This document shows positions 27,572-44,319 of a DNA stretch of 64,000 nucleotides, one piece after another; within the stretch, counting starts at the first letter, position 1; every line of letters starts with the position of its first letter. Source of the stretch: the human T2T-CHM13v2.0 reference genome, Homo sapiens; NCBI RefSeq assembly GCF_009914755.1, contig NC_060944.1. One strand, written 5' to 3'. The notes under the pieces are model-generated. The model searched no databases. It had not been told where the DNA came from and saw only the letters and a list, made by a program, of their open reading frames with translations. The position numbers and the translations under genes were made by a program.

Positions 27572-30095
27572 TTAAAAATTGGATACTAGTACATAAAAAT
27601 CTAAACGTTGGGCTTCTCTTGAAAAGACTCAGAAGAGCCAGTCACATGGGACCCACATTCCAGAAAGGGGTGGCCTCCTTTAGATGGGGTCTGGGACCTC
27701 AGTCAGCTACACAGTCCATAGCACTTTTGTGACCTCCTCAGTGGATGTCCAATGTTGGTCCTCTTTTATCAGCGCCCTTGCACTGTTTTCTTCACTGCTT
27801 TATTTTTTTAATTTGCCTTGTCCCTCTGGCTTTTTCATTTGCAACCCGTGATTTGAACTTTTAATAGATGCTCAAAGGGTGGCTGATTTTAAGAAGATCA
27901 TTGAAACCGAGATCTTTTTTCCAGCTTAAACTCTTTCCCAACAATCCAGTGTTGAAACTGACCCTTAGTAGAGGCGGAACACCACCCTTCCCAGGCCCAG
28001 AAACAGATTCTTTTCCTCCTAAGGAATGCGTGTATGTTGTTTGTCCAAGCGCATGTTTACAAATGGCAAGCTTATCTTCTGATGTTATAAAACACCAAAA
28101 GCTATTTAGAAATTACTGAAACTCCTATCTATAGTTTCTGCAAGATACTGCTCAGGTGATAATGCAATCAATGAAAGCAATGACAATCTGGGAAATCCTT
28201 TCTTTATAACCTTGAGAATGTGGCTTTGAATGGAGACAAATCAAACAGATAGAACTCTTGCTCAGGCCCCTTTTCTGAAGCCAGAGCCAACAAGCCTAGT
28301 GATTTTCTTTTGAAAGGGTCTTAAGTAGGTCTTTGCATTTGGGAAGATCAGGCAAGTCACTTAGAGCCGATTTCTGAACTGAGACTCACAGAAGCACATA
28401 CTCACACCCTCCTATCTGGAGACATGTGGACCTGGAGGGCTGGAGGAACTCAGATGCCTTGGTCCTTAGGAGGATCCAGAACCACCGCACTGAGGCCTAG
28501 CAGGCAAGGGCAGGACACACAAAATGTGAGAGCAGAGGAATGAAGGAAAATTAAATCTTGGGCGAGGCATTCTGTCCAGCAAAGAACAGGAGGTGAATAC
28601 ATGGCACGTGGGCCTTCGATATCCTATGAGTGGAATGAAGGCAATGCTTAAAACACTGCACCACTGCACAGCTCCACCTGTACACAAGATGCCCCTTTGT
28701 TTTGGGGCAGCCAACTGCTGCATCTCCTGTTTATATGTGCACCCAAGCAGAGGAAGTCAGTCCAAAGCTAGAAGGAGGGAAAATGATTGCCCAGAAGCTC
28801 AATGGAAGCCTTGCTTAATATCTCAGTGGTTGAGAACACAGATATTAGGCTGAGGCCCACTCGGTTTGAGGCCTGGCAATGCCATAGGTCAGTTAATTTA
28901 TCTTATCTGTGAAATGGGATAATCATAGAAGCTATCTCATCCCAAGGGCAGGTGGGTGGATGAAATGAGATGATCTTGGTGCGGAGCTTAGCACGGTGCC
29001 TTGGTAAGCCTGGATAAGCATGAGCCGCTCTCTTAGGTGGGTTTCCCAGTTGCTGACCTGATCATCTAATTGCAGTGCAAGTAGTTGATATGGAAAGGGT
29101 TCCTGGTCCCATGAGGAAGGGAGTGAGGATGTGAGACCGGGAAGGGAAGGTGGCCTTGAGCAGTTACTGCCATGAGCACTGGGGGCTCCCTCCCACTGGG
29201 GATGTCTGGATATCACCTAATGTGGGACAGGCCCCAGAGCTGTGCCACCTGAGGGGTGTGGGGCTGGGTACTTACCCACCTACTCACATCCTGGCCGAGG
29301 GCTGCTCCCAAGGTGTCTCGTCCCCAGCCCTGTCCACTTGCAGGGCGAAGAGCCACCATGGAAACCATGAGCCCTGGGGGGGACATGGGCAGGGCAGGGA
29401 CAGCGTCTGCTAAAACTGTCCTTGTTGTTCTGACTCCTGTCCTGGAGAGGGAAGAGCTGGTCTTTGGAACCACCCAGACCTCAGCCTGCAGCTCATCACT
29501 GCCTTTTACTAGATAGGTGGCCCCCTTTGCCTCTTCGGGCCTCCATTTTCACATCTCTTAAAATAGGAACAATTCTCTAATGTTGCAGAATTCGTTTTGA
29601 GGACTATGCATGACAATGGCCATACAGAGGCAGGCACGTAGTAGGCGCTCAGCCACCATGAGCCCCCTTACTCGCCAGCTCAATTCGGTTCCATTTCTCC
29701 CGCTTGCCTGTGATCCTTATTCTGTTTCTAGTCCCGGGGTGAGCCCAGGCTGGCACCAGACCTTCTTTCCATGTGAGCAGGGACAAGCTGACATCCAGAC
29801 TAGTGCTTGCCTCCGAGGTGACTTCTGAGTGACAAGCTGCTGCAGTGATCTCCCAAGCTGTGTATTATCATCTTGTTTCCCCTTTAGCTTCGAGCCTCGT
29901 CAGTCTGTAGCTTTCATCAGATCCAGAGAGGGTAGAATAACTGGCCGGCCTAACGGCGGCTGAGCCAGGAGTGGAATCCCAGCAGGAAGAACTTTGGACC
30001 CTTGCAGTTCCCGCAGCAACCCAGGGCTGGGTGTGTGGGCAGATCTGGGGGCTTCTGCTGAGTCAGACTGTGTGGGAGTGTTGGGGCGGGGGCGG

Positions 30096-30288
30096 GGGCG
30101 CCGCCAGATGAAATCAGGATGCCCAGTGAAATTTACATTTCAGATAAACAAGAAAAAGCCCCTTCTGTATAAGTACAGTCTGTGAAATACTTGGGCCATA
30201 CTTATACTAAAAAGTTATGTTGTGTTTATCTGAAATTCAAATTTCACTGGGCATCTGACATTTTTATTACCTAAATCTGGCAACCCTA
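30096..30288. mobile_element. MER53 palindromic MITE-like element
   Basis: gccagat..gcccagtgaaattt..ttcagataaaca / tgtttatctgaaattcaaatttcactgggc..atctggcaacccta. Confidence 0.85.
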
Positions 30289-31971
30289 CTCTGGTGGGAA
30301 CGGAGAACAAACCTCCTGGGAGGTCTGGGTTAGAGATGAGCACAGCAATCCTCCTGCAGGCAAAGGCCAGTGTGGAGCCACTTGCCTGCCCCCAGATGGC
30401 CTCCCCCGGGGCCCCCCTCCAGGGCCTGTAAAGCCCTCATGAGAGTCACTTTTGCCTGAAGACATTGTTTAACTGCACAGTGGAGTCAGTTACAGATTCA
30501 CTCTCACCACACTTACCCGTATAAAGAAAATACGATTCTTTATTCTTAGACACCTCCACACAATGTGGTAAGAACAGAGTAGCTGCAAATTATGTATGTG
30601 TTGGGTGGGGTTCCCTGGAAGCAGAGCCTGAGAGCCGGGTTCCGGTGCCCCTGACCTGGTGAAGGAAGCAGGAGAGGGCAGGGGAGGAGCTGAGAGGTGT
30701 GCACCAGGGGCACTCAGCTTCTACCTGACCCCCTGGGGGGCTCTGGAGCCGGAATGGTACCAGGGAGTTGGCTCCACCTTGAGACAAGGGGGTTAGGGTT
30801 TTGTGCTTCCACATCCGCAAGCCATTAGTTGCTCTTAGGCAGAGGCCTGGGCCTTGCACCTCCCAGGTGTCTCCAGGTGTAGCAGCTTCCACGGCAGAGG
30901 TGACAGTCCAGAGAAAGCCACAACCACGCATTGAGGTTCCCTGCAACACTTGTAGCAGCTGGGTGCACCAGCTGGTCAAGGAGACCTGCGCATGGCACCA
31001 ATGGCACCTACTACTCTCTGTCTCCTTGCAATGGAATAGTCAGATTCTCTCCAGGCCGTGTTAGAGAGTCCCTGTTGGGAGGTGCGGTCTCCTTAGGGAC
31101 TGCTCTGCCCCTCCTCCGTCCTTCCTAAAGAGTGATGGCTGCCAGGTGGGTGTGGAGACAGGTGCTGACTGTGTCTTCAAGGCAGTGGGGAGAGGGGACT
31201 TTGAATACCCACGGAATCTGCAGGATGATGGCCTGAGCCTGTGGCAGTGCGGCTGCTGGAATCTGCTCCTTGCCATGGAGGGGTGACCAGTCCCTTTTTG
31301 TCTTTTAGGGCTATCTTAGTTTCCACTGCTGCAGCCTGTGGCCTGGACATTTGCCCATGGTTGTGAGGTCCCCATGCATGGGACTTCTTCCTCCTGACTC
31401 CAGGCTTCAGTTCACCCATCAGGCCTTAAAGCATCTTCGGCCCTATCTTGCCCTGAACTTTTTGCTGCAAAAACCAAGGGCACTGCCTCAAGCTTATCTT
31501 CCCAGCCACTGTTTACTGCTGCTACATTGTTGCCCAAGACACTTCAGAAGTGACCGTTGTTGTCATCTCCTGCCAAGTCCTGGAAGGCAAGCCACCAAGT
31601 CCCATGCACCATTCCCACAGCCCGACAACCTTCCTGACTCTACCCACTGGAATCTAAAGAGTCTGCCCACTTCTGGATGTTTGTTCAGGTAGGGAAGTTC
31701 AAGCCCCGTGCCCATGAACGTTCATCTTTCTTTTCTCTTCCACCTTCCCTGGGAGGGTAGTGCGGATAATGAGGTGAGCCTTCTTCCTCTTTCTAGAATC
31801 CATGGGGCAGAGAAGGTAGATTCTCCCTTCCTGTCTTCTGGGGAAACTCCTTCTCCCTCCCGAGACAACATTGCTTTCCCCTTCTCTGTGGGGTAATAAT
31901 GGCAGAGAGAGGCGGGATCAGAATGCTGTACTCATAAGGGGGTGTATATTGAGAGGTTTAGAAATATGTTA

Positions 31972-32410
<439 letters not shown>

Positions 32411-32696
32411 GAGAGAGAGAGAGAGAGAGATCCTGTTGCATGGATGCACCTTGAGGACATCAAGCTGAGTAAAATAGGCCAGTCACCAAAAGACAACCCC
32501 TGTGTGATTCCACTTCCATGAGGCATCTAAAGTAGTCAGCTTCATAAAGACAGAAAGTGGAATGGTGTTTGTCAGGGGCTATGAGGAGGGGGAAATGGGG
32601 AGTTGTTTATTGGATATGAGAATGTTCTGAAGATTGGCCCAACAACGTGAGTACATTGAACACTACTGCACTGTACACTTGCAGATGACTAAGATA

Positions 32697-33381
<685 letters not shown>

Positions 33382-35477
33382 AAGAATAAAAGGTGAAAAA
33401 AAATACATCTATTACAAATGCAGATATCTCATCCATGAAGGGTGAACTAATATGCTTGTCCATTCTTTATATGACTTATTCTATTTCATCAGCTCCTGAT
33501 CCTTTGCAGATAACAGGACCCCAAAGGGAAGGGAATATTTTCATGAAGGAAAAATGCAACCAGAAATAGTCCTGGCTAGAACCACTATCAGACAAGTATG
33601 TCCAGCCTAGATGGAATTTTATAGACAAGGGACAATTCTATTCACAAAGGTTGGGAGACAGAGTCATGGGACAAGGAAGGTGGAGGCTGCACAAGCTGGG
33701 AGACAAGCTGGCTTCTTCATGGATCGTTGCAGTTTGCCTTGGCTGCAGGCATGGTGATCTTAGCACACATCCATGAAACCTTACTTAGAATTGCTGGGGC
33801 CAGAAGTTCTAGGGAATTCAAAATTTTTTTTTTGAAAAAATGGGCAATGTGATGCCTCTTTTGTATATTACAGAACATTCCTAGTGGAGCCTGGCTCAGC
33901 ACCCTGTAAACCCATTAATATTCCTGTGGTGGAGTGTATAAATATTCACACTAACTGGGATAATAAAGACTATAAATAGCCTCATGTCAGTTCAGGCCAG
34001 CATTTGCTGCCAAGTAAGTCTCCCCGCCCTGTGCCCCCAAAAAGAATTTCTGGATTTCAGAGCCATTTGGATATGAAAATGGTAGCTTAGGGATTGTGGA
34101 CCTGTATGAATTTTATACCATCTAGAGACTGTAAATGAACAGAGACAAAACATAGGAAGGAACCAGAAGGATGAGGTCAGTGAATTTAACGCTGATCTTA
34201 TAAATAAGAAATGGAGGTGACAGGCCCAATGTCGCTCTGCTGGTCATTGGTGGAGCTAAGGTCAGACAAGGATCTCCTACCCTCAGCCCAGCTCCTCCAG
34301 CAGGAGTTAACAGGAACCTCCAGACCCAGAGTCCATGAAGCTGAGCCGCCACCTCCTTCCTAGTTCCCTGAAAAGGTGAGCCCTGCCTTTGGGAATGCCT
34401 CCTTATGGCTAGTACACCGTGTGTGGTGTGCCCTGCCGTGGGCTGGTTCTGTTTTCTCTGGGAGAGGTATCTGCAGAAGACATCGTCCTGAGGGTTCATG
34501 CACTTAGCTCAAGGCCTTGCACACAGATGGCACTCAGTGAATGTCTGAGGAACTGTTGAATGTATTTGGTTATTCATCACCTGTAGACCCATCAAGATAA
34601 GGATGTATAATCAAAGGGCCATGTGTAAGACAGCCAACAAGGAGCGGAGAAAGAAAAAATCTTGTTCCCCATTGCAGAATCGGAGCTAACGGCAAGGAAG
34701 GCAAATATTACTTTATTTTTGAACAACGAGCATTAGTGGTCATTAGAAAGTGATTTCTTTCATTCCTGATGCCTAAGCCATGGGCCTGACCCTGCCCCAG
34801 CACTCTGGGTGGAATGGGGAGGCCTTTGTGCCCAGCACAGTGCTCGGTACACAAAGCGTGTGCCACAAACACTTGTTGGATGAGTGAGTGAGTGAATGAG
34901 TATTAGGGGTCATCAGTTAGAACTCTGTTATAAAAGGCACAATCCTAACTTAAACTGAAGTAAGCAAAAATGACTATTTTGTTTATTTTTGCCTGACATA
35001 ATTGAAAAGTCCAAGGGTAGTCGCCGTCAGGCATGTCTAAATCCAGGCCTGCAAATGATTACTGGGGACTCTGTCTCTTCCCTTCTCTCAGAGCTGCTTT
35101 CCTCCACCCTGGCTTCTTTCTCAGGTGAGCTCTCCACAACTGTGGTGACCATGACCACGGTAGGCTCAGTTCCCACCCGCCGAGCAGCCCTCACAGAAAG
35201 TGACTCATGTGGCCCAAGAAGGTGAGGGGTGGTCACTTGCCTGCCCCAGGATACTGTGGTGAGCGTGGTACACCCTGAAAAGTAGTTCCTGAGTGGACTG
35301 TACAAAATGGAGCCCTGTGGAAGCTCTTGAGGCCATGAGCTTCCATCCAAAATGGAGGCATTTCTCCCTCCGGTGTATGAGTGCAGCCTGACAGGGTCTC
35401 CTCAGACCCTTAACAGCCTAGGTGGGAGAGGGCTCCTCAGAGTCCGACCTTCAGTGTTATAGGAAGGTTACCCCCCT

Positions 35478-35686
35478 TCTTTTCTTTTCCTTTTTTTTCT
35501 TTTTTGAGACAGGGTCTCCCCTAGGCTGGAGTGCAGTGGTACGACCACGGCTCACTGCAGCCTTGACCTCCCCAGGCCCAAGCAATTCTCCCACCTCAGC
35601 CGCCCAAGTATCTGGGACCACAGGTGTGTGCCACCATGCCTGGCTAATTTTTGTAAAGACAAGGTTGTGGCATGTTGCCCAGGCTC
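35478..35686 (-). mobile_element. Truncated AluJ
   Basis: Reverse right arm and linker. Confidence 0.85.
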
Positions 35687-35728
35687 ACCCGTCTTTCCTT
35701 TCTATTTTTTTTTTTAAAGAAAGAGACA

Positions 35729-36043
35729 GGTCAGGTGCAGTGGCTCACACCTGTAATCCTAGCCCTTTGGGAGGCCGAGGAGGGTGGATCACTTGACCTC
35801 AGGAGGTCAAGGCCAGCCTGGGCAACATGGTGAAACCCCGAGCCAGGTGGTGCGGCATGCATCTGTGGTCCCAGCTACTCGGGAGGCTGAGACGGGAGAA
35901 TCTCTTGAGCCCAGGAGGCGGAGGTTGCAGTGAGCCCAAGATTGTGCCACTGCACTTCAGCTTGAGTGACAGAGCAAGACTCCATCTCAAAAAAAAAAAA
36001 AAAAAAAAAGAAAGAAAGGAAGAAAGAAAAAAGAAAAAGAAAA
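35729..36043 (+). mobile_element. Alu inserted in a reverse FLAM (tail ~35692-35715, body 36044-36164)
   Basis: aagagac(a/g)gg-like duplication on both sides. Confidence 0.85.
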
Positions 36044-37263
36044 GAGAGACGGGGTCTCACTTGGTTGCCCAGGCTGGTCTTGAACTCCTGGGCTCAAGTG
36101 ATAATCCTCCTGCCTTGGCCTCCCAAATTGTTGGGATTACAGGAGTGAGTGATGGCACCAGGCCAGCCACCCTCATTTTCATTCTTTCTCTATGAAACAC
36201 TGATCATTTGAAGGGAGAAACTGCAACTCTGGAGAGTGTGGGTAGAGGTACAGGGAGCCAGGAAGCAGCATTGACAGTATTCCCTCAGATTCTGAGGGGT
36301 GAGCATCTGAGCTCCCTCGGGCTTGACTCCATCAGTGCAGAGGTCCCATCATCCTCTCACTGTAGACCGAAGGCACAGCAGGCATCCAAGGAACAACCCT
36401 GGGGTCATTCTCACCCTCATGCTCTCCCCGCTGCTTGTTGCTACAAGACTGGAGTGTTCTCAGGGCATAGGGGTGGGTGCTCTGTTTTCCTATAAATCTG
36501 CTTGGTTTGGGAGATACTTATATTCCATATCTGTGAGGAGTTAACTATGTAATAAAGTAGCTTTTAATAAAGGATGTCAGTGCTTTGAATATACGAATCT
36601 ACATTTTAAAATAAAAGTAGAAACAGAAAATGAAGGCACCGAGCAAAAGAAGCAAATTTAACTACAAAGTGAAAGAGCTATTCATCTAGGCTAGTTTCCC
36701 TATATGGTCATTAGGGTTAGCTCAGAGCTTCCTAGTAGGCCAAGTAAAAAAGGAAACAAGATCTTTACAAATTCTTTTTATCATAAAGGTAGAAATATAC
36801 CAATTTTGAAAGGCATACTTTTTTCTTGGCATTAAGTTCCAAAAGAAATATATCATGTGGGATAATTTATAAAACAAAATGTGAGCAGCAACAGTCTCAA
36901 CCATGTTCCCACAGATGCAGATTCCCCTGCCCAACCCCTTGTGACTACTGTCTATAATAGATGAGGGAAAAACACTGATTTTAAGTATTAACATCCCACT
37001 TCCCTGGGGTAGGCAATATCACATGTGTCTAAATATAAAGCAAACATGGAAAATAAGATAATCTCACAGTTTCTCAGCAAGAAAATTCCAAAAATGCTTT
37101 TTGGCCACTTGAATATATAAACTTTTAGGGATATAGATAAAATAGTCTTACAGGTACCATTTGATTTCATAATTTAATTACACACAATTGAAATAACATA
37201 TTACATAAAATAATATTTAGAAATGTTCATGTAGCAATCTGTTAATGGCAAAATAATACATGA

Positions 37264-37629
<366 letters not shown>

Positions 37630-38250
37630 TAGAATTTTTAGAGAATAACAAGTTCACTTCCAGCCAATGGTGGAAGAGATGTCCCTTTTTGAATCCATGT
37701 ATAGTGTCCCCACTGGAAATTGTATCCCAAGCCCCAAATAGCCATTTGTATGGCATTGGAGCAGTTCCCCATCCTCACCCCATTTATCTGATAGTGGGGA
37801 CATATTTGTGATCACCTCCTTATGAAGACCTGTCATACAGCTTTTAAAAATAACCTTAAAGGATGTCAAACATTTGCAACTGGGAGGTCATTCCTTTGGG
37901 AATTGAGATTAAATTCTACTGATTCCTTTATTCCTTATTTAAAAAGTTGACGCTCTAAGCATCTAAAACCAGAATTGTTTTTGGTCATTCCCTGCCGATG
38001 TGTCCTCCCCAAACAGGACTTTGTGGTTCAAAATACAGTAGGGTCATTGACAGAACACCCTGTAATACAAGGACTTTTACAGGACAGGATTATGTTGAGG
38101 CATCTGCTTAGTTCTGTTGTATGATGGCCAAGTGCTTAAGCTGTCCATAATGGACCCAATGCTGCAGCTCGCCCGGGGTTACAAGAGGGATGCCTTAGAA
38201 GAGGGGCGCTCCCCTGAAAGATGGAGAGCTGGTGTGCTTTGCCAGGTGCA

Positions 38251-38655
<405 letters not shown>

Positions 38656-39289
38656 TAGATTAGAGAAGGATTTCGGGGAGCCCAAGGAGGGCATGGGGAT
38701 GGCATCATGTGTTGGGGGGCTCTAGTGTCCTCTTCTCATTCCCAAGTCAACAGAGAGTAATTCTGCTTTGATCTATTTTATGTAAAGGAATTCCAGGTAT
38801 AATTTCCTTTGAAGTAAAGATCCCTTTTTTTAATTAAAAAAAAAAAAAAAAGAGGAGCAGCTTGTTATTCAGGTCTGTCTGCTCTGAAGTTCTCTGACTT
38901 CAAAGCCATTGGGGTCATAGTTGTCTTCCTATTGATGGCTAATGAGGACATGATGCGCCTGGTGATTTGGGGGTAGACACTGCCTGGGAGCTGCGAGCAT
39001 GTGCCATATGGCAGCACAGACGCTGCAGATCCCCCCGCAAAGGCCCATTTAGCTGGAACCCCATCATCCCAGCAAATCTGCTTGGAATTTTATCAGATAG
39101 AAGCAAAGGACAAGACGTGGTTCTCCAATTTTGCAACATACTTGAGTCACTTGGGGAGTTTTTAAAACTTCTATGTCCAGGGCATACCCTATGCTAATGA
39201 AATCAAACTCTGGAGGTGGGATCCAAGCATCAGTAATTTGTAACTCGCCCCATGTGAGGCCTAATGTGCTGTCAAGTTTAAGAATAAGT

Positions 39290-39970
39290 GCCACTGGTAC
39301 AGCCGCTTGGAAAACAGTATGGCAATTCCTCAAAAAAATAAAAATAGAATTACCATATGATGCAGCAATTTCACTTCTGGGTATGTACCCAAAAGAATTG
39401 AATGCACGTTCTCAAAGAGATATTTGTGTACCCATGTTCGTAGCAGTATTATTCACAACAGCATAAGGTGGGAGCATCCCAAACGTCTATCAATAGATGA
39501 AGAATAAACAAAATGTGTTGTGTACATACAATAGAATATAGTTCAGCCTTAAAGAGGCAGGATATTCTAAGACATGCTGCAGCACAGATGAACCTTGATA
39601 ACATTATGCTAAGTGAAATAAGCCAGACAGAAAAGGACAGATATTATATAATTCCACTTAAAATTTTTTTCTTTTTAGATTCTCTGCAGGGCAAGTTCTA
39701 CACAGTTCCACTTATATGTAACTTCCACTTATATGAGGTATCTAGAGAAGTCATTTTAATAGAAACGGAAAATAGAATAGTGGTTGCCAGGGGTTGCAGG
39801 GAAAGATGGAGACTTGCTCTTCAATGGATATGGAGTTTCAATTTTGCAAGTTGAAAAGAGTTCAGGAGATTGGTTGCACAACAATGGGAATGCACTTAAC
39901 ATTACTGAACCGTGCACTTAAAAATGATTGAAATGGGACATTTTATGTTAGGTATATTTTACCACAATTA
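39290..39970 (+). mobile_element. L1MB-type 3' end, flanked by MER5A pieces (~39118-39293 and ~40010-40180)
   Basis: aaaatagaattaccatatgat..gcaatttcacttctgggtat..attatgctaagtgaaataagccag. Confidence 0.85.
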
Positions 39971-40352
39971 ATGCAATAACATAAAAAGAGTAAGTGGCAT
40001 CATGAATGTCTTGCTGGTGGAAGTGAGGTCTGTGGGCCAGCAGTGTCACATCTGCTTGGAGCTGGTCACACATGCAGTATCTGAGGCCCGTCCCAGACCT
40101 GCTGAGTCAGCACCTGCATTTTTTAACAAAAAACCCCCAGGTGGTTCGTGCACTCACTCAACTTTGAGAAGTGCTAGTTGTAATGAACCAAACATTAGAC
40201 CAGGGTTTAGAAGGTCAGAAGATGTAGCAGACATTGTTGTTTGCCTACCCAGCATTCATTTCCTCTCTTCCTTCCTTCCTTCTTACAGAAACTGACGTTC
40301 TCTGAGTAGCCTCATGTTTCAGAGGGGGCTCATCTCATCCACACTTCCATAG

Positions 40353-40902
<550 letters not shown>

Positions 40903-41013
40903 TGACTGATAAGATCCTGGGTCCACCTCATCAAAGGATTTCTTGTTATATGAGATTAGAAGTGTATTTATTGTTTCAGACCACATGGGGCAGGATTTTT
41001 CATTACTTATAGC

Positions 41014-41234
41014 CCAGGGTTTCTTAACCTCGATGGTATTGACACCTAGGGCCAGATAATTCTTTGTTGTGGGGCAGTTGTGTGCATGGCAGGATGCTTA
41101 GCAGTGTCTCTGGCCTCTGCCCACTAGAGCCAATAGTCCTTCCCCCTCTCCCAGGTGTGACAACTCAAGTGTCTCTGGACATTACCAGTGTTCCCTGGGG
41201 AGGGGGTCCAATGGCCCCCAGTTGAGCACCACTG
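41014..41234. mobile_element. MER20
   Basis: cagggtttcttaacctc..gataattctttgttgtgggg..gttgagcaccactg. Confidence 0.85.
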
Positions 41235-41859
41235 TTGCAGCCAAAGGTGTCATAAAGAATGTGAAGACCTTTTTATTCTGACCTCCGACGTTGCTGGAGA
41301 GCCCCAGGAGGGCAAAAGTCACTGCCTATGTCCACACCCCAGAGGTGTTGCAAGGATCAAAGTGAGCTCAGGTGTGTGAGAAAAGCAAACACACACAAGG
41401 TGTTACTAAGCATTACCCGTCTTTGATGCTGCTGATGCATTGATAGCAATGTTGTAGTTTCCATTTATTCTTAGATTTCATAGGCAGAGATGTTTAACTT
41501 AACAGATGGCCAGCATGGATAGTGAATGGAATTTTCCCTCAGCAAAGGCAGAGCGGCTCATGAGACTTTCAGGCTTTTCCTTGCTCAGAAATTCTGGATT
41601 CTCACCCAATTCATCAATCCCAATTCTCAATCCCAATTCATCATCCCATAAATCCATGGGTGCTGAGGCGTTCTCCTGTTAACACCTGAGTTAAACACCA
41701 TCTTGTACTTACGAAACATATTTTCACAGATGAAGAGTGAGATTCCTATTTAGCTGCTAAAGAGAGGTCGATGCCCTCGGCTCACACATCTGTGGATTTA
41801 AGACCCACAGAGTCAGGGGACCCTGAACAACCTCTCATGTCTTTTGCTCCCCTTCCTAG

Positions 41860-42022
41860 AATCTGCTGACACATCAAGGCCACTTTTCTTAGGAGCCCCC
41901 TGACTTCCAAAATCAGTGCCTTTGGATTCATCTCTTCCGGGAGAGTTCAGTGTCTTCTGAAATGTTACAAAACGTCCTTCAGAGCAAGAAGGCGTACACG
42001 AGGAGCTCGACTCTGTAGAAAG
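41860..42022 (+). other. BANF2: Probable BANF2 internal 5' UTR exon (163 nt)
   Basis: Polypyrimidine tract and acceptor tcttttgctccccttcctag|A at 41858-41860. Donor AAG|GTCTGG at 42023 (weak). Confidence 0.6.
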
Positions 42023-42783
42023 GTCTGGAGGAGGATGGGGACAGGAGAGGGGATGGGGCTGTGAAAGGGAGGCGTTGGATGCACCTGATCATTTACGTCA
42101 TCGAATGCTTACCATGTCCTCAGCAGAGGGGCTGGTGTTGGATTGGGGAGCAAAGGCCATTAGGAGGCAGCTGCAGCCCTTCGGGGCTTCATGATCTGCT
42201 GGGGAATGTGTGGAGGACATTGGGTCATTCCTGTATCATAGTCCCATATTGTAAGGGGTAACTATCCCCAGGAACAGGATAACTATCTTGATTTAGGTCC
42301 CCCCAGCCCCACCCCTGCAGCCCATGGGCTTTGAGGGACACTGACTTCCTTGCTGAGCCCAGAGGTAGAACACACATATCAAACCACAATTTTTGTTTTA
42401 GGGGTTGGCGTATTACAGTTTGAACCAGAGAGGGCATTTGTTGGGGGCCCCTAGGAAAAGATAGCTTTGTGTTTCTTTGGGGGAGAGGGCTGTGGCTTGC
42501 AAAGGCAATGCTGCAGCCCAGTTACTTCCACGAAGGAGTTAAGCTGAAGATTGAGCCCATTCACAAAGAAAGACTGAGTCGAGAGAGCTGCCGGGAAATC
42601 AAGCTGAAGCCTTGCTCAACCTACGTCTGATCTACCTCTGGACTTTTTGGTAGCATGTGCTAATAACACCTCCCTATTGTGTAAACTGATTTACACTGAG
42701 TTTTGTGTTACTTTCATCATAAACTGTCCAAACTGGCACAGAATTTTGTACCAGGAAGGGGATGCTACAATGAACAAACCTTA

Positions 42784-43182
<399 letters not shown>

Positions 43183-44088
43183 TTAACAAAATGGCCGGTT
43201 TTGCTGGGATGCAGACCTAATGCTTATGGAACCCATGATATTTCGAGATCTTCCAGGAAATATTCAGGATGTTAGCTACCTCTGGCAGTCTTCATTAAGG
43301 TCCTAGGAGACTCAACTCCTGGGAGATGGTGGTCCATTTAAAAGTGGAGAGGGATGAAAATAGTTTTGCTAAGACAGAGAGTCTTTTTGCCTGGGGCCTG
43401 CAATCTAAAGTTGCAGGAAATTGATGAGCAAGTCCTGCTGTTTGGGAAAGCTGATTTATCTGGCTAAAGTTAGAGCACAGGCAACAAATGAGGTGACTTA
43501 AGCAAAAGCCACCTTCTCTTCCTTCTTTTGAGGTGGAGTTGGTGAGGCCAAAGAGTGCTGGAGCAGCCCTTTCACCACCATGAGGGGAGCCAAGCAAGAA
43601 TAAAGCCAACACAAGGAGGGAAAGCTGGACAATCCCTGAGGAATGGCGCTGCGACCCATTCCCACCTGCAGGCTTTGGATTTCTATAATGTGTTCTTTAC
43701 AATTTGAGCCAGTTTGAAGAGTTTTTAGAGAGTTTACACTATTATACAGTGTGATGAACACTGAAATAAAAGTATGACTAAAGTGTTGGGTGGTTAAGAG
43801 AGAAGGTGGGTTAATTAGCTAAGAGAAGTAAGTTGTTGCTTTAGGCATTTAGAATGGGGTGAGTTGGAAAGAACCCACTGCAGTTCTTAATATTAAGCAC
43901 ACTCTTTTCGTGGAAATTTATTTGACTCATCTGTGGCCATCATTCGGCTTCTGTTTGTCCATCCAGGTAGGAATGGATGTGTGAAGGCCTTAGTGGAGGC
44001 CAGTGCACCTGCATTTAGTAGACCCCGGGAAATGCTGGATGATGGAAGGAATTCTGCCATCTGTTGCCCCAGTCCCTTGGTGGGCTGA

Positions 44089-44319
<231 letters not shown>

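Noticed and set aside
39173-39854. ORFs resembling the L1 ORF2 C-terminus (WKTVWQFLKK..ELPYD..LLG.YPKE)
   Set aside because: Decayed L1M remnant, fragmented, not a functional gene.
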